Counted from the first letter of the stretch, positions 17,397 to 25,083 are shown. The stretch is DNA of 32,000 nt from Desulfobulbus propionicus DSM 2032 (GCF_000186885.1 NC_014972.1:180001-212000); one strand, 5' to 3'. A program made the numbers and translations. The notes: a model not told the origin generated them from the letters alone.

Positions 17397-18973
17397 TCGT
17401 CCTGTTGTTTTTTGTCGGATTGCGGGTTTCCGGCCACCGCCGCCGGGTTGGTTTGCAGGGCCTTGGAGGTGGTCACCGTCGGCAACTCACGTTTGACCAA
17501 CATATCCATCCACTCCTTGTGCTCGTTGAGTACCGCCTCGGGATCGCGGCCCCGCGCGGCAATGATCTCCTGCGGGCTCCACAGATAATTGTCCTTGAGG
17601 TCGATCTGGCCCCGGCTTTCGCGCAGCAGGTCAAGCGGCTCGACTCCGTTGGGTTGCCAGAGGCATTCCAGCCACGGCCGTGGATTGGCCGCATATCCCG
17701 GCATCCTCACCCTGCCGGAAAGGTGGCAGGCATCCATGAATGCCCGGAAGATTGGTTGGCTAAACTGGCGGATATGGCGGCTCACCATCGGCCGCAGCGA
17801 CTTTTGCCAGTCGTTGCGTACGGTGCGCGTGGTGTTGTAGTTGAGCCCGGTCGCATCACCGCTGATCAGCTCGTAGGGGACGTTCACCGACACTGCCAAC
17901 ATCTGCAGCACGAAGCGGACAAAGGGTGTGAACGAATCCCCAGGCACATCGGTGCTGTTGATGGTGACCTTGTCCCCTGGGCTCATGAAATCGATGATGG
18001 CGTTGTCGAGTACGGTCAACCGGTGGCCGGTTTCCGTATCCTTGGTGGTACGGCCCTTCTGCCAGCGAGCCACATCGGCCGTCTCAACAAAGGCCAGCCA
18101 CTTAGCCGCCATTTTCGCCCGGTCGATATTGGCGCCGAGAAATTCCTGCAGGTCGTCGGCCAGGAGAACCGCCGGAGTGAACGGACTCACCCCACGTAAC
18201 TGTCCGGGACGCAGGGTCTCGAATCCGTGGATCACGCTGGCGGCGGGCACCCGCACCGACCGTTGCTTGCCGGTGAGCTGCGAAAATCCGTCGGGAACGC
18301 GGAAATGGTAGGCAATCACCGCCCCAGTGATCCGGTCGAACTCGACGCCCTGGTCAATCATGGTATTTTCGCCCTTGGTGGCGGCATATTCGCTGGAGAG
18401 CCAGTCCGCCTCATAGCACTGCAGCACCAGGGGGAGAAAACGGCGGGGGTTCTTGTCCCACCCAAGCACGAGGATGGATTCGCCGTCGACTACATCCTGG
18501 CGCTTCCACAGGCGCTCGATTTCGTGGTAGTGGAGCTTGCCGCCGGCATCGCATTCGTCGCACCAGCGGGACCATGCATCCTCGATGGCGGCAATGGCGG
18601 TGGTGTGGAGCTTGGCCTTGCCGGTTTCGGTGGCGCCGCGCGTCACCCGGCTCTGCATGGTGATGCCGGTGCCGATGGTATGGTCGACCAGGACCCTGAC
18701 CGCCCGGGCAAAGTAGGCAAAATCCCCCACCAGCTGCCGGGTGCGGTTGCGGATGGTGGGGTTGCTGGTCCGGATCAGGGTGTTGATGTCCGTTCCCACC
18801 GGAGCCCAGTCGCCCAAGAGGCGCGATTCCTTGGCTGCCGCGAACATCCGCAGACTGAAATTGCGGATACGGGCCTCCATCATCCGGCTTTCCAGGCCGG
18901 GGAACAGCATGCCCACGGTGCGGTCGATCACCCGTTCGACCGTGGCCAGCACCCTTTGTCCGTTCAACCTCAA
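17393..18973 (-). CDS. Portal protein, lambda family
   Basis: 526 aa. The N-terminal region (RLLGDWAPVGTDINTLIRTSNPTIRNRTRQLVGDFAYFARAVRVLVDHTIGTGI) matches the lambda-gpB-type portal pattern. The track start is TTG overlapping the upstream stop, so the true start is uncertain. Confidence 0.85.
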   Translation of the reverse strand: MRLNGQRVLATVERVIDRTVGMLFPGLESRMMEARIRNFSLRMFAAAKESRLLGDWAPVGTDINTLIRTSNPTIRNRTRQLVGDFAYFARAVRVLVDHTIGTGITMQSRVTRGATETGKAKLHTTAIAAIEDAWSRWCDECDAGGKLHYHEIERLWKRQDVVDGESILVLGWDKNPRRFLPLVLQCYEADWLSSEYAATKGENTMIDQGVEFDRITGAVIAYHFRVPDGFSQLTGKQRSVRVPAASVIHGFETLRPGQLRGVSPFTPAVLLADDLQEFLGANIDRAKMAAKWLAFVETADVARWQKGRTTKDTETGHRLTVLDNAIIDFMSPGDKVTINSTDVPGDSFTPFVRFVLQMLAVSVNVPYELISGDATGLNYNTTRTVRNDWQKSLRPMVSRHIRQFSQPIFRAFMDACHLSGRVRMPGYAANPRPWLECLWQPNGVEPLDLLRESRGQIDLKDNYLWSPQEIIAARGRDPEAVLNEHKEWMDMLVKRELPTVTTSKALQTNPAAVAGNPQSDKKQQDE

Positions 18974-19212
18974 AACCGTCGCCCCGCCTTGGCATAGATT
19001 CTGGTTGGGGTGTCGGCGGATCCTTGCAGCAGGTCACGCTCGCTGATCAGTTCCCGCAGGTAGCTGCGCAAGGTATTCAGATCGACCCGTTGACTCTCCG
19101 AGGCAGTTCCGGATCCGCTGCGGCCGTACTTCTGGCTCTCGAGCGTCCGGTGGATCGACTGGCGCGCCAGGGCGATCTCCGTGGTGTATTCTTCAACCGT
19201 GTCGAAATACAT
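18970..19212 (-). CDS. gpW-like head-tail joining protein
   Basis: 80 aa. Lies between the terminase and portal, as in lambda (A-W-B). Confidence 0.5.
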   Translation of the reverse strand: MYFDTVEEYTTEIALARQSIHRTLESQKYGRSGSGTASESQRVDLNTLRSYLRELISERDLLQGSADTPTRIYAKAGRRF

Positions 19213-21135
19213 CTACCAGCGCCTCCTTTTTGAAGCGGGTTGTACGGGCTGCACCTCATGCTCTTCCAGTTCGGGCTTCCAGTCGCGGATACCCATGATG
19301 TCGATCGCCGCCATGCCGTAGACCGAGATGTCCCAGTCGTGATTGTCCTTGCCGTCCGGGCAGATCCAGTAGCCCCGGTCGTCCTGGTACTCGGCGCACA
19401 TCTGGGCCGCGTAGTCCTTGCCGATCTCCGCATGCAAACGCATTGCGCCCGGGTCGCCCGGCTCCACCGCCAGGGTGGTGGCCAGGTCGTTTTTGTAGTG
19501 GGTGACGTTCAGGGTGTAGAGGTTGAGACCACCGGCAATGGGTATCTTCTTGCCGGAGCGTGACGGCAGGTACTCAAGGCGGGTGATGCTCCAGGGCAGA
19601 CTTTGGGTCCTGCGGCCTTTGATCGGGGAAAAAATTGGGTGTTTTTTGCAAAAGAGATAGACTTCGCGGGTCCGGCTGTGCTTGGGATGGTAGGGGTCGG
19701 TGCCACCACCGGAATCGATCCAGGCGGCGGCAATTCGGTATACGTTGCCATCGGCGTCCTTCCAGTCCTTTTCGGCCAGGTCCACCAGGTTGCCGAATTC
19801 GCGCACCATGCCGCGATCGATCACGCTGATGCTCATGTCCTCGCCCCAACCGCAGGCCCAGACCTGATAGCGGAAGCCATACTTCTGGGTGTCGACCAGG
19901 AGCAGCAGGCAGGAGGTCTCCCCGGGGACTGCGCGCCGGGGCAGGCTCTCATCCTTCAACCTGAGGATGTACTCTTCGTCGCGGTCCTTGATTTCGGCCT
20001 GGTAGTCGTTAGCCTCGACACCATTGGCCCAGGCGATTTTATCGGTGAGCTTGCCTGCCAGGTTCTTCAGCCAGGCCACGCCGATCTCCCTGAGCGTGAC
20101 GTCAAGGCAGTCCCAGGCGCGGTGGATGAAACCAACCCGCTCGGGCCGTGGCAATTCGCCGCCCTTGATCGCCACCCAGGCGCCGCCGCGAATGGCGTGG
20201 ATGCGTCCCTGCTCATCCATCTCGGCGCCGCAGAGATGGCAGGCGAGGATGACGCCGTCAGATTCGATCTGTTCAATGGTCGATTTGTCGTCGATCCCTA
20301 GATGTTCGCCTTCCGGTCGGATCAGCTCGCTGCAGTGGGGACAGCGCAGCCGGTATTCCCAGATCTGGTGGCAGGCCGCGACACCTTTGCGAATGAAGCG
20401 GCCGGCAGGGGTGGAGCAGAAAAACATCTTGGAACGGCCGCGGAAAGTACGGGCACGTTTACGGATAAGGGTGATGGGATCGGACTCACTGCCGGCCTGC
20501 TCCGGGTATTTGTCGACCTCGTCGCCGAAACAGCACTGGGCCGACCAGGTGGCCATGGCCTGGGGGCTGCCGGACCAGGAGGGCCGAATAACCTTGCCGT
20601 TGACCAGACGGATGCGGGTGATGGCGGTATCATCCTTGCGCGGGCTGAGGTAGCCGCGCAGATGCGGCGAGCCTTCGAGCATCGGCCGCAGTTTTTGATC
20701 GACGATGTTTTTTGCCGTCTCCTCGGAGGGCATCAGATAAAAGATGTCGCCGGCAAGCTGCTCGATCGACCAGGCCAGGCAGTTGGTGAGGGTGATGGTC
20801 TTGCCGGATTGATCCACCCCGCAGTACCAGATCTCGCGTACCCACTGGTGCCCAAAGATGATCAGGATTTTAGCGGTGTGGGGGGCGTGTTCGCGCCGCC
20901 AAGGACCGGGATGGGCGCCATCGGTGACAACACGGTACCGCTCGGCGAACTCCAGAGGACTAATACGCGGGGGTGAGGCGACGAACCGGCGCAGGTGCTT
21001 CGGAAAGGTGATGACCGGGCAACGATCAGAGGTGACGCTACGGCCGGAAAGCCGACGACGGACACTGGCAGGCGCACAGGGGTACAGCCTGAACACCGGG
21101 GCGGCGAACGCCAGTTGTCGGGCTGTCTCGGGCAT
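19213..21135 (-). CDS. terL: Terminase large subunit, GpA family
   Basis: 640 aa. Walker-A-like GVDQSGKT, a C4 zinc ribbon (CPHCSELI...CHLCGAEM) and overall GpA-like layout. No SD upstream of the ATG. Confidence 0.9.
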   Translation of the reverse strand: MPETARQLAFAAPVFRLYPCAPASVRRRLSGRSVTSDRCPVITFPKHLRRFVASPPRISPLEFAERYRVVTDGAHPGPWRREHAPHTAKILIIFGHQWVREIWYCGVDQSGKTITLTNCLAWSIEQLAGDIFYLMPSEETAKNIVDQKLRPMLEGSPHLRGYLSPRKDDTAITRIRLVNGKVIRPSWSGSPQAMATWSAQCCFGDEVDKYPEQAGSESDPITLIRKRARTFRGRSKMFFCSTPAGRFIRKGVAACHQIWEYRLRCPHCSELIRPEGEHLGIDDKSTIEQIESDGVILACHLCGAEMDEQGRIHAIRGGAWVAIKGGELPRPERVGFIHRAWDCLDVTLREIGVAWLKNLAGKLTDKIAWANGVEANDYQAEIKDRDEEYILRLKDESLPRRAVPGETSCLLLLVDTQKYGFRYQVWACGWGEDMSISVIDRGMVREFGNLVDLAEKDWKDADGNVYRIAAAWIDSGGGTDPYHPKHSRTREVYLFCKKHPIFSPIKGRRTQSLPWSITRLEYLPSRSGKKIPIAGGLNLYTLNVTHYKNDLATTLAVEPGDPGAMRLHAEIGKDYAAQMCAEYQDDRGYWICPDGKDNHDWDISVYGMAAIDIMGIRDWKPELEEHEVQPVQPASKRRRW

Positions 21136-21156
21136 GTTTCACCGTGAGAGAGGGCG

Positions 21157-21194
21157 CCGCCGGAAGGGTTGGAGCAGAAGGCCTTCCGGCGGCC
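21157..21194. repeat. Perfect 12-bp inverted repeat (GCCGCCGGAAGG / CCTTCCGGCGGC) with a 14-nt spacer, 22 bp upstream of the terL ATG
   Basis: Arms read directly at 21157-21168 and 21183-21194. No T-tract on either side. Confidence 0.85.
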
Positions 21195-21256
21195 AAGGAG
21201 CGACGCGCAAACCAGTGGTTCACGCGCCTATCCTACACGGTGTTTTTGGCAGTTTT

Positions 21257-21326
21257 GCAAATGTCGGCAAATGTCGGCAAATGTCGGCAGATGTCGGAAT
21301 ATTTCCGCAAATGTCGGCAAATGTTT
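21257..21326. repeat. Seven tandem 10-bp units (consensus GCAAATGTCG), helically phased; candidate cos/pac recognition (terS-binding) or iteron array
   Basis: GCAAATGTCG x3, GCAGATGTCG, GAATATTTCC (degenerate), GCAAATGTCG, GCAAATGTTT. Lies between the Bro-N gene stop (21331) and terL. Confidence 0.85.
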
Positions 21327-21330
21327 GGAT

Positions 21331-22089
21331 TTATCGGTTGACGTCCATTGAAACGTCCATAATCCAGTATACTCCGCCGATCTTCCGCAAGGTGTAGCCC
21401 AGGTTGCGCAGCTCGGCGCCCAGCTGTCGCGGTTGTTTTTTTTCTCCATGGCCAACAAGATCGGCCAGCCAGCGGTTGATGGCCTCGACCGCCCGCGACA
21501 GCCGCACCCGCTCGCCGGGTGCGGCGGCAAGGCACTGCTGGCAGAAGTCGCGCACCAGCGTGTCGGCCAGGGACGAGGCGGGGTGCTCAAGCTCGGCAAT
21601 CATATCGGCGAGATCGATCCCGGTCACGCGCTGCAGCACTCGCAGCGAGGTGGAGGTCGGCCGCAACACCACCTTGGTCAGGTCAAGCTGATAGCGAATA
21701 TCAAGCCCGCCGGGAGAGACCGGGCCGCGATGGTAAAAGATGTCGGTCTTGCGGCCGCCGTCGTCCTGGCTGTAGCTGCCGGTCTTGCGGATGGAGGGGA
21801 GGACCTCTTCGTAGATCCAGGCCTCAAACTTTTCCGCAGCCGGGAGCTTTGAGTGAGCGACCAGGCGGTAGAGGTTCGGCTCGTTGATGATACGAATTTC
21901 CTGGATACCTCCAGCTGTTCGAAGGGGGTAGTGTTTCACGACCCCCTTGCAATGTCTTGAAATCGCATCTTTTGTGTTGGCATATCCCAACAATTCGGCC
22001 ACGTCCTTGGCTACAAACCAGGGGGCATTATCGATGGTCAGGGTCCGGACCATTGAATCGTTGAAACAGAAGGGGGTAATTTCAGGCAT
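21331..22089 (-). CDS. Bro-N domain protein (antirepressor-like), copy 1
   Basis: 252 aa from MPEITPFCFNDSMVRTLTIDNAPWFVAKDVAELLGYANTKDA (Bro-N motif). The C-terminus (LGAELRNLGYTLRKIGGVYWI) looks like a winged helix. Paralog of 28238..29029. Confidence 0.75.
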   Translation of the reverse strand: MPEITPFCFNDSMVRTLTIDNAPWFVAKDVAELLGYANTKDAISRHCKGVVKHYPLRTAGGIQEIRIINEPNLYRLVAHSKLPAAEKFEAWIYEEVLPSIRKTGSYSQDDGGRKTDIFYHRGPVSPGGLDIRYQLDLTKVVLRPTSTSLRVLQRVTGIDLADMIAELEHPASSLADTLVRDFCQQCLAAAPGERVRLSRAVEAINRWLADLVGHGEKKQPRQLGAELRNLGYTLRKIGGVYWIMDVSMDVNR

Positions 22090-22399
22090 GGTGGTCCTCC
22101 AACTGGGCAATGACCATAGCCAGGGAGCGGGCAATGACGCCACGAGGGCCGACCATGTCGGAGGTTTCCTTGAGATGGGTGCAAAGATAATCGAGCGTGG
22201 CCAGAGCGCCGTGCGCGGCGATGCCGGTGCGTAGCTCGGCATTTAATCGCTTTCGGGCTGCGGGCAACTGCTCCCTGGCCTCGGCAACCAGGTGGCGCAG
22301 CAGCGGGTTGGGGTGGCGGCGGGAGTCGTGTTCAGGAAAGGACGGCGGGGCGGGAATGGCGGCGGGTCTGCGCCCGCCCTTGATCAGGGTGAGATGCAT
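22082..22399 (-). CDS. Conserved small protein (MHLTL..GGR family), copy 1
   Basis: 105 aa from the ATG at 22399 (GGAG upstream). Shares MHLTL.KGGR, DSRRHP.P, LVA.AREQLP, LD.LC.HL and IAQLEDHHA with 27891..28238. Overlaps the next gene by 8 nt. Confidence 0.6.
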   Translation of the reverse strand: MHLTLIKGGRRPAAIPAPPSFPEHDSRRHPNPLLRHLVAEAREQLPAARKRLNAELRTGIAAHGALATLDYLCTHLKETSDMVGPRGVIARSLAMVIAQLEDHHA

Positions 22400-22704
22400 G
22401 GTGGTGCTCCGTGAGATGAGGTTGACCACCCCTGCGCTGCTAAACGCAAAAAGGGCGGCGATATGCGGGTTAGCAGACCGGCCTCACGGAACCGGCAGGG
22501 GTTCCCCCCTCCCGCACACCACCACCCAAGCAAGAGCAATGCTGTGCTGTGGACGCAAAAAAACCGCCAAAATGAAACCTGACGTTACTAAAAGTAAAGT
22601 CAAGTGCAAGGCGGGGCATCCGCCGCGAGGTTCGGGCTGCTAAACCCGGCCACGGATTTTGCCGTGACAGCTTGAGCATTGCACACCCCACCAAACTCTG
22701 TCAA
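22400..22704 (-). promoter_or_regulatory. Structured leader, copy 1 (promoter-like element, hairpins with 8-nt loop UUUAGCAG, GGCGG/CCGCC alternative pairing, U7 terminator-like element)
   Basis: Minus strand: TTGACA (22704-22699)-N18-AATGCT; CGGG-UUUAGCAG-CCCG (22633-22648); GGCGG-N5-CCGCC (22610-22624); GGCGG-U7 (22557-22568); CUGCUAAC (22469-22476); hairpin with loop UUUAGCAG (22429-22455). Confidence 0.55.
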
Positions 22705-22712
22705 TCTTTTTC

Positions 22713-22928
22713 TCAACATGGTTGCCTCCATAATCGTTCGTGTTCATGGTCGCCATCCCGCCGAAGGCAAGAATGGCCTGCATGAACCCGGATAGACGGG
22801 GAGTTCATATGTGTAGAGTTTATCACGGCCAAAACGGGATTTTCCTCGAAAAAACAGCCAATAGTCAGCGTGATAGGATCGAGGGGCAGAGGATACGGTT
22901 TCATGCTATCCAGGGTCGTCTCTGTCAT
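22713..22928 (-). CDS. Hypothetical 71-aa ORF (weak call)
   Basis: ATG start with a weak RBS in an AT-rich island. An antisense 64-aa ORF is equally open. Confidence 0.2.
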   Translation of the reverse strand: MTETTLDSMKPYPLPLDPITLTIGCFFEENPVLAVINSTHMNSPSIRVHAGHSCLRRDGDHEHERLWRQPC

Positions 22929-23120
22929 CGTTGATCCCCATGAAACGATTTTTCAACATTTTATGTTGGTCTGTTTTCGCATCACTTCCCCAAAACAATT
23001 GACACCCACCCCATCCTGTGGGCACAATGAAACGATATTTACAGGAAAAATATGGGCACAATAGGGAGATGAAGGTGTGGTTTGACCTCTGTGCATTGCC
23101 TTGATAACAAGGAGTATATC
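22929..23120 (+). promoter_or_regulatory. Intergenic control region with paired decamers around a promoter-like element
   Basis: TTGACA (22999-23004)-N18-CACAAT. TGGGCACAAT at 23019-23028 and 23053-23062. ATGAAACGAT at 22940-22949 and 23027-23036. Confidence 0.35.
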
Positions 23121-23288
23121 ATGAACAATGGAAACGGATTTACCACCCAGGACGCAGGAACTGATTCCTCAAGGAGTTCGACACCACAAACCATAGATGT
23201 TCCGTCAGTCAATCCCGGGACAAACTCCACCCCTCAGAATGCAGGCGATACAGGAGGGGCACCACCCCCTCCTGTGGATGACGACTGA
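23121..23288 (+). CDS. 55-aa acidic, low-complexity (S/T/P/N/G/D-rich) protein
   Basis: Strong AAGGAG RBS 7 nt before the ATG. MNNGNGFTTQDAGTDSSRSSTPQTIDVPSVNPGTNSTPQNAGDTGGAPPPPVDDD. Convergent with the membrane-protein gene. Confidence 0.45.
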   Translation: MNNGNGFTTQDAGTDSSRSSTPQTIDVPSVNPGTNSTPQNAGDTGGAPPPPVDDD

Positions 23289-23298
23289 GTTGTGGCAA

Positions 23299-23946
23299 CT
23301 ATCTTTTCTTTTTAAAACGGATCATCACTCTTGAAATTTCGCTGGCAGGCACATAGGTCAACCTATCTCCCCAATCGGCATCGCGCACTGTTGTCATTTC
23401 TTTTGTCGTCCCATCGGTTTTTCTGATGGATGTTACATACAAAGCTATGTTGCCATCGTTATCTGTATAATATTTCGGAAAGGCGGCATCCCCGAACGAT
23501 TGAACATTATTGCATATCAGAGCGGATCCGTCCTTCAACAGCACCTTGACCTGCGTTGGCCCCGCGTGCGTACATTGAGTGATTCCAGTCCATACATTTG
23601 GTATACCGTCTTCATTGAGCACACCTGCATTTTGGAAAATGGTATTTGTCAACGGCTTACCGACTTTTCTCCACAAACAAGAAATGACGACCACGGAAAC
23701 AACTGCAATAATTGCCGGTATCAAAAAATACGAAAAAAAGGGTTTCACAAGATCAAAGGCGACATACCCGAAGAGACCGAACACTATGATTCCGTAGAGC
23801 AGTTCGTCTTTTCGCTCCTTGTCCCGCAATCCGGATCTCGCTATGGAATGACCGATATAACCGGTTGCGATCACAATTTGAATATACTCGGGCAGGTTTA
23901 GTAAATTTTCAATGTCGTTCATAATCCACTCCAGATACCCAGTCAT
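23299..23946 (-). CDS. Membrane protein: three N-terminal TM segments plus a C-terminal soluble domain of about 110 aa. Accessory (moron-like) gene.
   Basis: 215 aa, markedly AT-rich versus the phage core. TM candidates are YIQIVIATGYIGHSIA, LLYGIIVFGLFGYVAFDLV and FLIPAIIAVVSVVVISCLW. Confidence 0.65.
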   Translation of the reverse strand: MTGYLEWIMNDIENLLNLPEYIQIVIATGYIGHSIARSGLRDKERKDELLYGIIVFGLFGYVAFDLVKPFFSYFLIPAIIAVVSVVVISCLWRKVGKPLTNTIFQNAGVLNEDGIPNVWTGITQCTHAGPTQVKVLLKDGSALICNNVQSFGDAAFPKYYTDNDGNIALYVTSIRKTDGTTKEMTTVRDADWGDRLTYVPASEISRVMIRFKKKR

Positions 23947-23982
23947 TTTTTTCAGTTAGGATGCCCATCTCTCCACGCTACG

Positions 23983-24105
23983 ATGGAAAGCACCACTGAA
24001 CCATCATACACAAGGAGAAGAGCAATGGGAAAAGAGGAACTCTAACTGCTGGACAAGATTCTCGGTATGTACTCACGGCTGCTCCAACCACTCGGGAACA
24101 TAAGC
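23983..24105 (+). pseudogene. Truncated copy of the 5' part of plus-strand ORF 30458..30820 (in-frame TAA after MGKEEL)
   Basis: ATGGGAAAAGAGGAACTCTAACTGCTGGACAAGATTCTCGGTATGTACTCACGGCTG aligns with 30510-30566. Most differences fall on third codon positions of the plus-strand frame. Confidence 0.4.
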
Positions 24106-24174
24106 GACCTTTAACCGCACAGCCGCCTTGCTGGTGAAACCAATGGGCAGGAGGATGAAACCGTCCTTGGTCAT
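24073..24174 (-). CDS. Possible 33-aa ORF, ATGA-coupled to the HTH gene
   Basis: MTKDGFILLPIGFTSKAAVRLKVAYVPEWLEQP. The tail resembles the C-terminus (GGFVPDWMKP) of ORF 30557..31039. Confidence 0.25.
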   Translation of the reverse strand: MTKDGFILLPIGFTSKAAVRLKVAYVPEWLEQP

Positions 24175-24401
24175 CTGCCCTCAAGATTTACCACCGACGT
24201 ATGAGCGCCTGCATACAATCGTCGTTGCCAGCTAGCCAGAGCCTCCTTGTCGGCGCAGATACGGGCCCCAGGCCGCTCCTGGTACACCGGCATATCGCTA
24301 TGGTCTTCCATCCAACCCCGCACGGTTCGTTCGGAGACGCGCAAAAACGCGGCTACTTCCTTCATCCCGATCAACACCGCCTCATTCTCGCTCATCGCCA
24401 T
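24171..24401 (-). CDS. AlpA/excisionase-type (HTH_17-like) DNA-binding protein
   Basis: About 76 aa from MAMSENEAVLIGMKEVAAFLRVSERTVRGWMEDHSDMPVY (HTH). GAGGAGGA RBS inside the end of the upstream ORF. Confidence 0.6.
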   Translation of the reverse strand: MAMSENEAVLIGMKEVAAFLRVSERTVRGWMEDHSDMPVYQERPGARICADKEALASWQRRLYAGAHTSVVNLEGR

Positions 24402-24975
24402 CCTCCTCTGTCTGTTCGAACTCACCGGCATCGATGCGCATGCCGGACAATTCACCGTAGGCCCGGTTGATCACCAATTCCAAAATCTTGTCCGCCACCA
24501 ACGGTCCCTGGTGGTAGTCCCCACCGGCCTCGAGGACAATCTCGGTGGCCGCAATGCGGGTAAAATGCTCAAGATTGCCGCGGAGCATGTTGTATCCGGC
24601 AAGCAGCTGCGCCCAGTGGTCCTCGATTCGCATCCATCCACGATCTTCCGCCCTGGCCTTGATGGCAAGGCGGTCGACCTCGAGTTCCAGCTTGCGCAAC
24701 TCAAGCCGGTCTTTTTCCTGTTTCCTGTCGACCAGGTCAAGATCGACCACGGGTGCTTCCCCCATGGCCTTCAGCAAATATTCGGCCACCGATGCCCGCG
24801 AAACGCTCTTGTCGGGAAAGACGAGATACTTGCCGGCAACGCCGTCGTCGTAGAACTTGCGCTGCGACAGGGCCACGCCCCTGCCCCTGAGCTGTTCCCC
24901 TACCCAGCGCCAGGCGGCTGATCGGTTTTTGAACCTTTCCCGCGGTTGACCGGCCACAGTATCATCAATGGCCAT
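24382..24975 (-). CDS. Hypothetical protein with a central coiled coil (architecture loosely Nu1/small-terminase-like, unproven)
   Basis: 197 aa. DRKQEKDRLELRKLELEVDRLAIKARAEDRG is followed by a helical region and an acidic tail. No confident family match from memory. Confidence 0.5.
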   Translation of the reverse strand: MAIDDTVAGQPRERFKNRSAAWRWVGEQLRGRGVALSQRKFYDDGVAGKYLVFPDKSVSRASVAEYLLKAMGEAPVVDLDLVDRKQEKDRLELRKLELEVDRLAIKARAEDRGWMRIEDHWAQLLAGYNMLRGNLEHFTRIAATEIVLEAGGDYHQGPLVADKILELVINRAYGELSGMRIDAGEFEQTEEDGDERE

Positions 24976-25083
24976 GATCAGCGGTTATCCCGGACAGTTC
25001 TGGTTGCTTTTTGCAGGGCTCTTGCCCGGGTCTTGATTCCTGCCATATAATCCTGGCCAAGGTCGATCGTGCCCAGCCGTCCT

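Noticed and set aside
21257-21326. The 10-bp tandem array as a CRISPR array or as coding sequence (track ORFs 21144..21341 and 21169..21351, 'MSANVGKCRQMS...')
   Set aside because: The units are contiguous with no spacers, and 10 bp is far below CRISPR repeat size. The ORFs are simply the repeat read in frame.
23288-23313. Small hairpin AGTTG-TGG-CAACT followed by a T-rich run, considered as a bidirectional terminator between the convergent genes
   Set aside because: The stem is only 5 bp and AT-rich, and it overlaps the stop region of the membrane-protein gene. Too weak to call.
25022-25052. TTGCCC-N18-TATAAT promoter-like element on the plus strand between ORFs 24382..24975 and 25084..25302
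   Set aside because: It would drive transcription antisense into the zinc-ribbon genes with no plus-strand ORF to serve. An antisense promoter is possible, but nothing else supports it.
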